Shown in pieces: positions 1 to 9,702 of a stretch of DNA of 64,000 bases. Within the stretch, counting starts at the first letter, position 1. Each line of letters begins with the position of its first letter. A model generated the notes under the pieces. That model was not told the origin of the DNA and did not search any database. It saw only the letters and a program-made list of their open reading frames with translations. The DNA lies in NCBI GenBank assembly GCA_963663475.2, contig CAXXJV010000001.1, positions 1,216,001 through 1,280,000 of the forward strand. Direction: 5' to 3'. Position numbers and translations under genes: made by a program. The stretch comes from Candidatus Cloacimonadales bacterium. GTDB taxonomy: Bacteria; Cloacimonadota; Cloacimonadia; Cloacimonadales; JAFGVF01.

Positions 1-377
1 ACATTAGTACCAATTAATAAGATAGTAATAGGGTGAATTAATGACAGTAATAAGCCTGTTATGATTAATCCTAAACCAGCAATAAATTTTCCAACAACAA
101 TTTGAGATGATTTAACTGGCATGGTAGATAGTAACTCAATAGTACCATTATTATTCTCTTTGGAAACTAAGCCCATGGTTATAGCAGGGATAAATATCAA
201 AAAGATAATTGGTATTATTCCAAATAAGGTTCTTAAATCTGATTGATTAATCAAGAATAGAGGGTTAGCAAAAAACCAACCAGTGATTAATAAGAAACCG
301 ACAAGAACCATATAGGCTGCTGGTGATTTAAAGAATGAGGTGAACTCTTTTAAAGCAATAGTTTTGATATAATGCAT
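1..377 (-). CDS. ABC-2 type transporter permease, GldF-like (partial, runs off window start)
   Basis: Manual translation from ATG at 377: MHYIKTIALKEFTSFFKSPAAYMVLVGFLLITGWFF...IPAITMGLVSKENNNGTIELLSTMPV. The KE..S.F.SP.AY and E...GT.ELL.T.P motifs are typical of this family. Directly follows the ABC ATPase. Confidence 0.85.
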   Translation of the reverse strand, partial: MHYIKTIALKEFTSFFKSPAAYMVLVGFLLITGWFFANPLFLINQSDLRTLFGIIPIIFLIFIPAITMGLVSKENNNGTIELLSTMPVKSSQIVVGKFIAGLGLIITGLLLSLIHPITILLIGTN

Positions 378-378
378 C

Positions 379-1317
379 TTAATTACCTCCTTCTACTGTT
401 AATGATCTAAAGACTTCTTCAAGAGAAATATAATCACGATGGAATTCCAGAAGAGTCCAATTCTGTTGCTTAATATAATTATAAATATCTTTTCTAACAT
501 CATTGGTAGGAGTGTATTCAAAGATAGCTTCATTAAAATTGTCTAATATTGGTTTGAAATTAACCAATTTTGCACTTGGTATTGTGGCAGAAATTTGAGT
601 TAATTCCTCTTTAGAAGCATCAATATGAAGTATTAAACGAGCTCTATTAGAGTAATCTTCTGTTAACTTAGCTTGAGAACCATCAGCTACAATTTTACCT
701 CTATTGATAATAACAATTCTATCACAAAGAGCTTGAACTTCTTGTAAAATATGGCTAGATAAAATAACAGTCTTTTCCTTTCCTAATTCTTTGATAAGTT
801 CTCTAATCTCTACAATCTGATTAGGATCAAGACCTGAAGTAGGTTCATCAAGAATAAGTATCTTAGGGTTATGAATAATAGCTTGAGCTAAACCAACTCT
901 TTGTTTATATCCCTTAGATAAAGTATGAATAGGTTTGGCGACAACTTCTTTTAAACCACACTTATCAATAGTTTTCTTGAAAGCAGATTCAAAATCATTA
1001 CCTTTAATATGTCTCATATTAGCAACATATTTCAAGTAGTCATAGACAGTCATCTCTAAATACAAAGGGTTAGTTTCAGGAAGATAGCCTATCATAGCTC
1101 TAATTTCTTCTGAATTATCTGCCACATTATAATCTTCAACATAAATGTTTCCTGCAGAAGGATTCAAATAGCAAGTAATCATTTTTAAAGTGGTAGATTT
1201 ACCTGCCCCGTTTGGTCCAAGAAAACCAAGAATTTCACCTTCGTTTATTTCGAAGTTTATGGAATCCACTGCACGCACTGTTCCGTAATCTTTAACAAGA
1301 TTTTCCAGCCGAATCAT
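379..1317 (-). CDS. ABC transporter ATP-binding protein, GldA-like
   Basis: Walker A GPNGAGKST, signature LSKGYKQR, Walker B ILILDEP, H-loop SSH. Confidence 0.92.
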   Translation of the reverse strand: MIRLENLVKDYGTVRAVDSINFEINEGEILGFLGPNGAGKSTTLKMITCYLNPSAGNIYVEDYNVADNSEEIRAMIGYLPETNPLYLEMTVYDYLKYVANMRHIKGNDFESAFKKTIDKCGLKEVVAKPIHTLSKGYKQRVGLAQAIIHNPKILILDEPTSGLDPNQIVEIRELIKELGKEKTVILSSHILQEVQALCDRIVIINRGKIVADGSQAKLTEDYSNRARLILHIDASKEELTQISATIPSAKLVNFKPILDNFNEAIFEYTPTNDVRKDIYNYIKQQNWTLLEFHRDYISLEEVFRSLTVEGGN

Positions 1318-1419
1318 TGTTTCCTCTCCTTTTTTATAGTGTTTTTACTAGTTATATATAAATCAAACGAATGTAGCTTCTTTAAGTTACATAAAATTTA
1401 TATTCTTGTTTAATATTTA

Positions 1420-2583
1420 CTATTTCTTGCTATTTTTCATAGTTAAAACTACTGGAATCATGCCAAAAGCTAAGTAACCACCAATTCTAAAAGTTGTTGT
1501 AAGATCTAATTTGTCTCCTAGGAAACCAACTGCAAAGGAGGCTAAAGAACCTACAGCAAAATTGATTGTCATATAGACTCCATTAACAAAGGATTGGCGA
1601 TTTGTATCTTTATCATGCACGTAAGCTAGAATAATTGGATGGGAGAAAAACATGAAAAAGCCTAAAAGAGCCAAGAGTATTAAGGCTAAATTTCCACTAG
1701 TATAGGTATAGAAAATCATTAAGATAGGGGAGATTATGGCCATAATCAGAAGGGCATTCTTCCTACCAATATAATCAGAGACAGTTCCTGCTGTAAAGGT
1801 TCCTATTGCTCCAGAAAATTGCATAATTGATAGAGCAATACTAGATATAAAAATAGTAGAACCTGTTGATTTCATGTAAGTAGGGAGGAAGGTCATAAGA
1901 GCTTGTTTCATTACGCCTTGGAAGAAGAAAATACCTGCTACAGTAATAAAAATTGGTAGCATGTATTTCATTACTTCTTTATGAGAATCATTTTTTAAAT
2001 ATGTTTCTTTTACAGCCTTAGAGTCCTGTTCAACTTTATTTATTTTGAAGAGGATTAAGAGGGATAAGACAAGACCAATGGGGATTAATCGCCAAACACC
2101 TTCTAATGTCCAATAGGAAATAGCAGCAGTTATAACTAAAGGACCAATTGACCTAGCTAGTTCTCCCCCTAACATGTAAAAACTCATACCTAATCCTTTC
2201 TTATCACCAGCAACCTTTTTTACTAATACAGGAGATGGTACATGAATTAAAGTCGATCCAAAACCTGCAACTAGAAGTAAAAGAAAGAGAGTTAAGTAGT
2301 TTTGAGCTATTCCCATGAGAGTCATTGATGTTACGGCAATTGCTGGAGCTGCTGCAACAAAATATTTTAACTTAAATCTATCTGAAAAACTACCAATAAT
2401 AGGGTTCAGAAGGTTTGGTAATCTTAGAGCTATAGGTAGGGTACCTGCTAACATTAAGGAAAAGCCTATCTTATCCCGCAATAAGGGTAGCATAACAGGG
2501 AAGAAACCTGTGAAACTATCGTGTAGCATATGAGCTAGTGAGATTGTTAGGATATTAGAAAGTTGGAAATTACTCTTTTTCAT
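1420..2583 (-). CDS. MFS transporter (Fsr/fosmidomycin-resistance-like)
   Basis: About 12 hydrophobic segments; N-terminal AH..HD motif; G..SDR and G.VSDYIGRK MFS motif-A loops. Confidence 0.85.
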   Translation of the reverse strand: MKKSNFQLSNILTISLAHMLHDSFTGFFPVMLPLLRDKIGFSLMLAGTLPIALRLPNLLNPIIGSFSDRFKLKYFVAAAPAIAVTSMTLMGIAQNYLTLFLLLLVAGFGSTLIHVPSPVLVKKVAGDKKGLGMSFYMLGGELARSIGPLVITAAISYWTLEGVWRLIPIGLVLSLLILFKINKVEQDSKAVKETYLKNDSHKEVMKYMLPIFITVAGIFFFQGVMKQALMTFLPTYMKSTGSTIFISSIALSIMQFSGAIGTFTAGTVSDYIGRKNALLIMAIISPILMIFYTYTSGNLALILLALLGFFMFFSHPIILAYVHDKDTNRQSFVNGVYMTINFAVGSLASFAVGFLGDKLDLTTTFRIGGYLAFGMIPVVLTMKNSKK

Positions 2584-2926
2584 TTTTTCTCATTTCATCT
2601 AAAACAGCAATGGCTCTTCTCATATGTGGTATTACAATTGAACCACCAACTAGAAGACCAATACTTAATGCTTCTTCAATTTCTTGATCACTATAACCTA
2701 GATCAAAACAATTTTTCAAATGGTAGTTGATACAATCATCACAGCGTAGGACAAGGGAAGCTACAAGACCTAGTAATTCTTTTGTATTCTCAGGAAGAGC
2801 ACCTTGTCGATACATTTGATTGTCCAAAGAAAGAAATCTTTTTGTTGATAAAGAAGTGTAATTAGACATAATATTATTAAGTCTATCCCTCTCTTGAGTG
2901 AATTTTTCAATAGTAGATTTTTCCAT
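2570..2926 (-). CDS. Carboxymuconolactone decarboxylase/AhpD-like protein
   Basis: KELLGLVAS..LRCDDCINYH (CxxC..YH) motif; start moved to ATG 2926, which has a GAGGT RBS (ORF track starts at 2956). Confidence 0.85.
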   Translation of the reverse strand: MEKSTIEKFTQERDRLNNIMSNYTSLSTKRFLSLDNQMYRQGALPENTKELLGLVASLVLRCDDCINYHLKNCFDLGYSDQEIEEALSIGLLVGGSIVIPHMRRAIAVLDEMRKNEKE

Positions 2927-3020
2927 AATTACCTCAGTTATTTTTATGATAACCAAGATATTTAAATAGATAAAATTGTCTTGTTTTTTTTACTGTAAAA
3001 TATAAATTGTAGGCTTTTAC

Positions 3021-5534
3021 CTAGTTACATAGTCTATGAATCTTTGCGTACAACTCATTCTTATTAACTGGTTTAGCAACAAACTCATTACAGCCTGCTG
3101 CAATATACTTATCCCTTTCTTCTGACATAGCAAAGGCGGTTAGAGCTATAACTGGTAGGTTTTTGAATTCTTGACTCTGTCTAAGATGACTCAAGGTTTC
3201 CATACCATCCATTACAGGCATTTGCATATCTAAAAGAATGATATCATATTTCTTGCTCTTCAATTTTTCTAAGGCTATCTTTCCATTCTCAGCAATGTCA
3301 CAGATATTATTAACTTTCTTTAAGATAGACTTTATCAACTTCTGATTAATAGCGTTGTCTTCAGCTACTAAGATATTTATACTGCTTAAATCAGTGATTG
3401 GATTAGTTTCTAAACTTTGCTTTTCAGGGATTTTAGATTCACCTGTGGCTGTTGGTAAAGGGATAGTTACTTGGAAAGTAGATCCTTTATTAATTCTAGA
3501 GTTTACTTCAATTTCACCTTTCATCACATCAAGGATTCTCTTAACTATTGATAAACCTAAACCTGTTCCATAAGTAATTTTCTTTTCATCAGTTCTTATC
3601 TGCTCAAAAGCATTGAAAATAGTCTCAAGTTTTTGTTTCTTAATTCCAATTCCTGTATCTCTTACTATAAAGATTACCTTACCCGCTTGATATTTAACTT
3701 CTAAGATGATCTCCCCTCGTTCAGTATAATTAACTGCATTTGATAAGAGATTAAGCAATATCTGCTTAAGTTGTATCTCATCACCAATAACCCTGTCTGG
3801 AATGATTAGAGACTTGATAATCCTAAAATCCAATGATTTATTATTAGCACTAACTGAGATTATCCGTTTAACTTCATCAATCATGTTATTTAAAGAAAAC
3901 TCATTATGTAAAAGTTTAATGTTTCCTGACTCTATTTTGGACAGTTCGAGAATATTATTGATAATATCTAGGAGATGGTTACCTGATTGAACTATAGTTC
4001 GTAATTTCTCTCTTTTATCTAAATCAGTTTCAATATCATAGATTAATTGAGAGAAACCATTTATTGCATTTAATGGTGTTCTTATTTCATGGCTCATATG
4101 GGATAAGAATGTTGACTTAGCCTTATTGGCATCCTCAGCATCTTCTTTAGCCTTCTTTAAATCTTGTTCAAAAGCTTTCATATCTGATACATCAATTAGA
4201 TATTCTAAATAGCCTACATAATCACCTTTAGCATCGTAGAGTAAACGAGTATGATCCTTTACCCAAATCTCAGAACCATCTTTTTTTATCATCTTATAGG
4301 GTGAATGAGAATAAAACTCTTCCTTCTCTTCATAAAACTTATCAGCTTCTTCTAAGAGCTTGGGTAGCATGTCTTCACTAACTAAGCTGTTTAAATCTAT
4401 GTTGTTATCAATAATTTCTTTCTTGGTAAATCCTGTAAAATGGTGAACATTCTCAGAAATCCACTCAATTCTCTTTTTATCTTCTCGATTTATACACTTC
4501 ATTATCATGACAGGTCCATTCTCAAAGAGATTTCTCTCTAACATGAGATTGCCTAAGTGTTCTTCCTTCTCCGTAATATCACTAAAACCAACTAGCATAT
4601 GTTTGTTATCAATCTGAGAGAAGTGAATATTGAAAATATAATATTTGTCATCAATATTTAATTCAATTTTTTCAATATGTAAGCTTGTATCATTACCTTC
4701 AATTAGTTTCTGCTTTTTCTTTAAGATAGAGCTTACCAGCTCAGGATTATTAGAGAATGAATACAGGAGAGAACTAAATGTATAATCTGTAATACCTTCT
4801 CTTTTAAATTGCTGATAAACATATTGATTGAAATAGATTATTTCATCATGATCTAATATTAAAATAGGGAAAGGTATCTTGTCAATGGTGTTATGAAAAC
4901 CAACACTATTGTCTGATAAATTCTTTTGAGCTAGAAAATCTTCAGTATAATCACTAAAGATAGTTGTAATAAGCTGAGATTCGAAAGCATCTTTAGATCT
5001 TATGGTAATAATTCTGAAATGAAAATAACGATTATCTAAAATGCCATGAGCAAAGTATTCTGTTTTCTTGCCACTTGCTTGGCAAATTTCTGCCTGCTGG
5101 ATAATCTTCTCAATATCAGTTTGATTTATAGATAACCTCTTGGCGATTTCCCTTATTGATAAGTCATTACAGTCATTAAGAAAACTATCTAAACTTGGAG
5201 AAAGAGAATTATTTTTTAAAAGGCATTTACCTGAAGCATCTTTAGTAATAATAATAGCTGGAACTAACCCGATAATATCTTTGATAATTGAACTTTGGAC
5301 ACAAAGAAGAGGAGAGGAAGAGAGGTGGATATAGTTTTTTATTGTAGCTGAATCATAACCTAACTTACTATAACCATCTATACTGATAATTGCACGAATT
5401 TGTAGCTCATTAAATACATAAGAATCTTTAATTTCTTGGTCATTAATACCTAGCAACCTCGAGTAAGATAAAAGCTCTTCTCTCTTTAATCCAAGCACTT
5501 GGCAGAGCTCTTTACAGGTAAATTCTTTTTTCAT
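3021..5534 (-). CDS. Cytoplasmic hybrid histidine kinase (MerR-like HTH - PAS - HisKA - HATPase - REC)
   Basis: H-box FLSHMSHEIRTPLN, N-box LNLLSNAVNYT, G boxes DTGIG and GTGLGL, REC LVAEDN..LLDMQMP..KP, PAS/PAC KKDGSEIWV; no transmembrane segment evident. Confidence 0.92.
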   Translation of the reverse strand: MKKEFTCKELCQVLGLKREELLSYSRLLGINDQEIKDSYVFNELQIRAIISIDGYSKLGYDSATIKNYIHLSSSPLLCVQSSIIKDIIGLVPAIIITKDASGKCLLKNNSLSPSLDSFLNDCNDLSIREIAKRLSINQTDIEKIIQQAEICQASGKKTEYFAHGILDNRYFHFRIITIRSKDAFESQLITTIFSDYTEDFLAQKNLSDNSVGFHNTIDKIPFPILILDHDEIIYFNQYVYQQFKREGITDYTFSSLLYSFSNNPELVSSILKKKQKLIEGNDTSLHIEKIELNIDDKYYIFNIHFSQIDNKHMLVGFSDITEKEEHLGNLMLERNLFENGPVMIMKCINREDKKRIEWISENVHHFTGFTKKEIIDNNIDLNSLVSEDMLPKLLEEADKFYEEKEEFYSHSPYKMIKKDGSEIWVKDHTRLLYDAKGDYVGYLEYLIDVSDMKAFEQDLKKAKEDAEDANKAKSTFLSHMSHEIRTPLNAINGFSQLIYDIETDLDKREKLRTIVQSGNHLLDIINNILELSKIESGNIKLLHNEFSLNNMIDEVKRIISVSANNKSLDFRIIKSLIIPDRVIGDEIQLKQILLNLLSNAVNYTERGEIILEVKYQAGKVIFIVRDTGIGIKKQKLETIFNAFEQIRTDEKKITYGTGLGLSIVKRILDVMKGEIEVNSRINKGSTFQVTIPLPTATGESKIPEKQSLETNPITDLSSINILVAEDNAINQKLIKSILKKVNNICDIAENGKIALEKLKSKKYDIILLDMQMPVMDGMETLSHLRQSQEFKNLPVIALTAFAMSEERDKYIAAGCNEFVAKPVNKNELYAKIHRLCN

Positions 5535-5818
5535 CTATAAGTCCATTAAGGTTAGTTTTATCTCAAATAATGTATTATTAATCAAGTTAATATGAAATTT
5601 GCACTAGTGTTAAAGCATTATTCGATATTTTTCTATATCAAAAAAAATTAATATGTTGTCAAGAAATGATTTGTTAAAATTAAAAAATCTTAATCTAAAA
5701 ATACTTGCAAAAGAAAATAATCTTCAAAGAAAAAAGGAATGTTAAGCACTAAGCTTATTGTTAAAACTTGATACTTACACTTTCTCCTTTTATATAAATT
5801 TTAATCTTGAAGAAAAGA

Positions 5819-5857
5819 CTATTGGTCAGCTTTTTGTAATTAAAAAGTGACCAATAG
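5819..5857. terminator. Stem-loop downstream of the Fe-ADH gene
   Basis: CTATTGGTCA...TGACCAATAG 10-bp inverted repeat with further inner pairing, just past the stop of the minus-strand gene. Confidence 0.55.
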
Positions 5858-5874
5858 CACAGAGAGGTTGAATT

Positions 5875-7014
5875 TTAATAAGCTAAAATTAAGATAGCTT
5901 CAATATCTTCACGGTTAAATTTGCTAAATCTACCAATGCTTGGGAATTCCATTATTTTATCAGCAATTTTACCTAAATCATTTTTATGAATACAAAGGTC
6001 ACGAAGAGATATTGGAGAGCCCCATTCTCTTATTTTATTTCGCATAGAAATCAAGGCTGAGATACTATTATCCTCATTCCAAATTTCAAACCAATCATTA
6101 AACTTATCTGGATATTTAAATATCATGTATTCTATCCAAGCAGGAAATATTACCCCTAGTCCTGCTCCGTGAGCTATCTTTGGATAAAGAGCTGAAAGAG
6201 CATGTTCGATTATATGACATGCCCAATCTCCTCCATTCATGCCTATACCACTAATGCCATTTAGGGCAAGGGTCGCAGACCAAGCAAGATTGGCTCGAGC
6301 AGTATAGTCTTGCTGATTAATTTTCAGTCTATCTATCATGGATACAATTGTTTTAACTAGAGCTTTATCAATTCCCCGAGTAGTAATAGACTCAGGGCTG
6401 ACAAAGTAATACTCAAAAATGTGAGCAATAGCATCTAGTCCACCATTGACAGTTTGGTCCCAGGGCAGAGAGTATTGAACTGTGGGATCTATAATTGAGA
6501 CTTTAGGGAATAGGAGGGGAGAACCACCACCCCATTTTTGTTGGGTCTCTGTATTGGTAATTACAAATCCACTGTTCATTTCTGATCCAGTAGCAGAGAT
6601 AGTTAATACTGTATAAATAGGAAGTGCTTTCTGAGCTTTAGCCTTTCCTTGCATGAAGGTCCATAAATCATCAAGATAAAAACCAAGAGCAATAGCTTTA
6701 GCAGAATCAATTACAGATCCACCTCCTACTGCAAGAATAGCATCAACTTTTGCTTCTTTAGCCAACTTAATAGTCTCATTTACTTTATGTAAAGTAGGAT
6801 TAGCTTGCACACCCCACATCTCAACAAAGTCTATCTCTTTTTCTTTTAAAGAAGTGGTTATTTTAGCGTAGACTCCATTGTTCTTGATAGATCCTTTTCC
6901 AGCAAGTAGAAGTATTTTCTTATGTTGTCCAGATTTTATCTCACAAGCAATTTCAGTAATCTTATCTTTTCCAAAAATTATTTTTGTTGGATTATAAAAA
7001 GTAAAGTTATTCAT
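5875..7014 (-). CDS. Iron-containing alcohol dehydrogenase (butanol dehydrogenase Bdh/YqhD-like)
   Basis: MNNFTFYNPTKIIFG N-terminus, GGGSVIDSAK, ATGSEMN, metal ligands DAIAH, H..EH and HGAGL. Confidence 0.92.
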   Translation of the reverse strand: MNNFTFYNPTKIIFGKDKITEIACEIKSGQHKKILLLAGKGSIKNNGVYAKITTSLKEKEIDFVEMWGVQANPTLHKVNETIKLAKEAKVDAILAVGGGSVIDSAKAIALGFYLDDLWTFMQGKAKAQKALPIYTVLTISATGSEMNSGFVITNTETQQKWGGGSPLLFPKVSIIDPTVQYSLPWDQTVNGGLDAIAHIFEYYFVSPESITTRGIDKALVKTIVSMIDRLKINQQDYTARANLAWSATLALNGISGIGMNGGDWACHIIEHALSALYPKIAHGAGLGVIFPAWIEYMIFKYPDKFNDWFEIWNEDNSISALISMRNKIREWGSPISLRDLCIHKNDLGKIADKIMEFPSIGRFSKFNREDIEAILILAY

Positions 7015-7228
7015 TTATCCACCTATTTAGTTTATGAAAATAATATATTGAAAAAGACTAGATTTGCAAGCAGAAATAGGATTTTTTTAAAAGTCATGGG
7101 GTTAATATGTTATGACTTGAGGAATAATTAAATTTTTTCATTGACTCTACAAATAAAAAATAATAAATTAGTCTTTAAGTTATATAATAGATTATTAACG
7201 CTAATTAGTAATTCTAAGAGGAGTTGAT

Positions 7229-8854
7229 TTGGATATTAAAGCAAAGATATTAGTTGTAGATGATGAGAAGATTATCAGAAAGCTTCTAGGGGCAACTTTA
7301 ACTAAAAATGGCTATGAAATTGATTTTGCTTCTAATGGTTATGAAGCAATAAGTAAAATAAAGAATGAACAATTTGATTTAATCCTTTTAGATGTGACCA
7401 TGCCAGGTCTTGATGGTTTTGAAACTTGTAGAAGAATTATAAATATAGATCCTGAGTTACCTGTTATCCAAGTTACCTCTTCAACAGATAATGAATCATT
7501 AACCAAGGGTTTTGAAGCAGGGGCATTAGATTATATAAGAAAGCCATGGCAGACTATGGAACTGCTAGCTAGAGTAAAGAACATACTGAGGATAAAAGCA
7601 GCAGAAAAAGAAAAACAAATTTACTTTCAAACCTTACAAGATGATATGATTACTGCCTCTGTTATAATGAAGATGATACTTCCAGAATGGATTTTTTTAG
7701 ATAAGAAAATGTTATTTGTTTCTGATTATGTTCCTTCTAATCATGTGGGTGGTGATGTTTTTAACTCTGTCAAACTTAATGATAATCAGTATATAGTTTA
7801 TCTTGGCGATATTTCAGGTCATGGAGTGCAAGCAGCCTTGTTCATGTCAGCAGTTAGAACAACGATCAACTTATTGATAGATGAACATAAGGATAATTTT
7901 GATATTACCACCTTGATGACCAAGCTCAATACTACCCTTTCTAAGGATCTTTTTAAATCAACAGATTCTTACTTTACCTTAATATTTGGTATAGTAGATT
8001 TTGAAGAGAAGACATTTGAGTATGTAAACTGTGGGCATCCTCCTTTTATTGAATATAATGTTGATACAAATCAAGTTGTTATTCATGATGAAAAAGGGAC
8101 AATACCAATTGGTTGGTCTGCAAACTATGCTTTTGATGAGTCTGAAGTAGGTAAAATTGATTTAACAATGGATAAAATTATTTTCTTATATACCGATGGA
8201 TTAAACGAGAGTATTGATCCTGAAGGGAATGAATTTGGAATAAATGGTTTAACTAATATCTTAAAGAATGAGATAGAAGATGTTAATACTATCACCCTAC
8301 CATTTAAAATTAAGCAATATTTACAAGATAATGAATATAAGCTAAGTAGTGATGATTTCACTTTATTTGCCTTCCAGTTACAAGGAAACAACAACTTATC
8401 GAAAATTAAAGAAAATCCAGAAAAACAGAAGAAGATGATTTTCTGGGTAAAAGCTGTTATGAAAGATGTAGCATCAGTTTCCCAACATTGTGAGAAGCTA
8501 GTTTTAGCTTGGACAAAGAACAACACTTTCTCAGCCAAAGTGGAGATTATCATTGATGAGCTATTAAATAACATAATTGAGCATGGCTATAAATTTGAAG
8601 AGACAGCAAGAATTGTTTTTGAATTTAAACTTATAGGCACTAAATTATATATTACAATGTGGGACAAAGGAATAGAGTGGATTCCTGAGACAGTTAAGTA
8701 TAATCATGATAACCCATATCTCTTTGAAAAGGATCTCTTTGATGTATCAGGAAGAGGACTTTATATGGTTCTTTCTTGGTCAGAAGAGTTTTATCGTAAT
8801 AGATATTCAGAAGAGTTAAACGAAACTATTGTCGTATTAGATGTCAATAGGTAG
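7229..8854 (+). CDS. Response regulator with PP2C/SpoIIE phosphatase and RsbW-like kinase domains (REC-PP2C-HATPase)
   Basis: REC VVDD..LLDVTMP..KP; PP2C VGGD, GDISGHGVQAA, YTDGLNE, DDFT; C-terminal ELLNNIIEHGY, WDKG, GRGL. Confidence 0.9.
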   Translation: MDIKAKILVVDDEKIIRKLLGATLTKNGYEIDFASNGYEAISKIKNEQFDLILLDVTMPGLDGFETCRRIINIDPELPVIQVTSSTDNESLTKGFEAGALDYIRKPWQTMELLARVKNILRIKAAEKEKQIYFQTLQDDMITASVIMKMILPEWIFLDKKMLFVSDYVPSNHVGGDVFNSVKLNDNQYIVYLGDISGHGVQAALFMSAVRTTINLLIDEHKDNFDITTLMTKLNTTLSKDLFKSTDSYFTLIFGIVDFEEKTFEYVNCGHPPFIEYNVDTNQVVIHDEKGTIPIGWSANYAFDESEVGKIDLTMDKIIFLYTDGLNESIDPEGNEFGINGLTNILKNEIEDVNTITLPFKIKQYLQDNEYKLSSDDFTLFAFQLQGNNNLSKIKENPEKQKKMIFWVKAVMKDVASVSQHCEKLVLAWTKNNTFSAKVEIIIDELLNNIIEHGYKFEETARIVFEFKLIGTKLYITMWDKGIEWIPETVKYNHDNPYLFEKDLFDVSGRGLYMVLSWSEEFYRNRYSEELNETIVVLDVNR

Positions 8855-8863
8855 GAGTAAAAG

Positions 8864-9697
8864 ATGCCAAAAGTTTCGATTATAATGAGAGTCTATAATG
8901 AAATGCCTTATATTAAGTATGCCTTAAGAATGTTAGAGCAACAATCTTTTCAAGATTATGAACTAATTATAGTAGATTCTGCTTCTACTGATGGATCTTA
9001 TGAGCTGGCTCAGAAAGCAAATCCTGATATTATTTATCAAATTAAGGCAGGTACTTATGTTCCAGGAAGAGTTTTAAATGAGGCAATTAGCAAGGCAAGT
9101 GGTCAAATTATTGTCTTTAATAATTCTGATTGCATTCCTCAGAACAAATATTGGCTTGAGAATTTAATAAGACCTTTTGAGCAGGATAAAGATACTGTAG
9201 CTACTTTTGCTAATCAGGTAGCCAGACCTGATGCTAATCCTTTAGTGAGGAAGGATTATGAACGTGCTTTTGGAGATGGTTCAATATCTGCTAAGTGGAA
9301 ACATTTCTTTTCTCTTGCTTCTTCTGCTGTAACTAAAGAAATCATTAGCCAATACCCCTTTAATCCTACAATCCAGTATTCTGAGGATATAGAGTGGTCT
9401 TGGAGAATGAAGCAGATGGGCAAGAAGATAACTTATGTTGCAGATGCCATAGTTGAACATTCTCATAATTATACTTGGAAAGGCTTAATTAAACGTTATA
9501 CAGGTGAAGGTAAGGCGGAAAAAGAAATCTATAAAGAAACTAGAGGTAATTTTCTTTTTGCAGTAGTAATTTCAGCTAAACTAGAAATTCTCAGAGATAT
9601 TATATATTTGATAAAGCATAAAGAAGTTCACTGGATACCTTATTCTATAGGAGTAAGGTTTTTACAACGTTTTTGTGTTTGGAAAGCTAGGGCATAA
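8864..9697 (+). CDS. GT2 family glycosyltransferase (rhamnosyltransferase-like)
   Basis: VSIIMRVYNE, IVDSASTDGS, NSDC (DxD-like), SEDIEW, V.HSH. Confidence 0.88.
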   Translation: MPKVSIIMRVYNEMPYIKYALRMLEQQSFQDYELIIVDSASTDGSYELAQKANPDIIYQIKAGTYVPGRVLNEAISKASGQIIVFNNSDCIPQNKYWLENLIRPFEQDKDTVATFANQVARPDANPLVRKDYERAFGDGSISAKWKHFFSLASSAVTKEIISQYPFNPTIQYSEDIEWSWRMKQMGKKITYVADAIVEHSHNYTWKGLIKRYTGEGKAEKEIYKETRGNFLFAVVISAKLEILRDIIYLIKHKEVHWIPYSIGVRFLQRFCVWKARA

Positions 9698-9702
9698 GTC
9701 TT

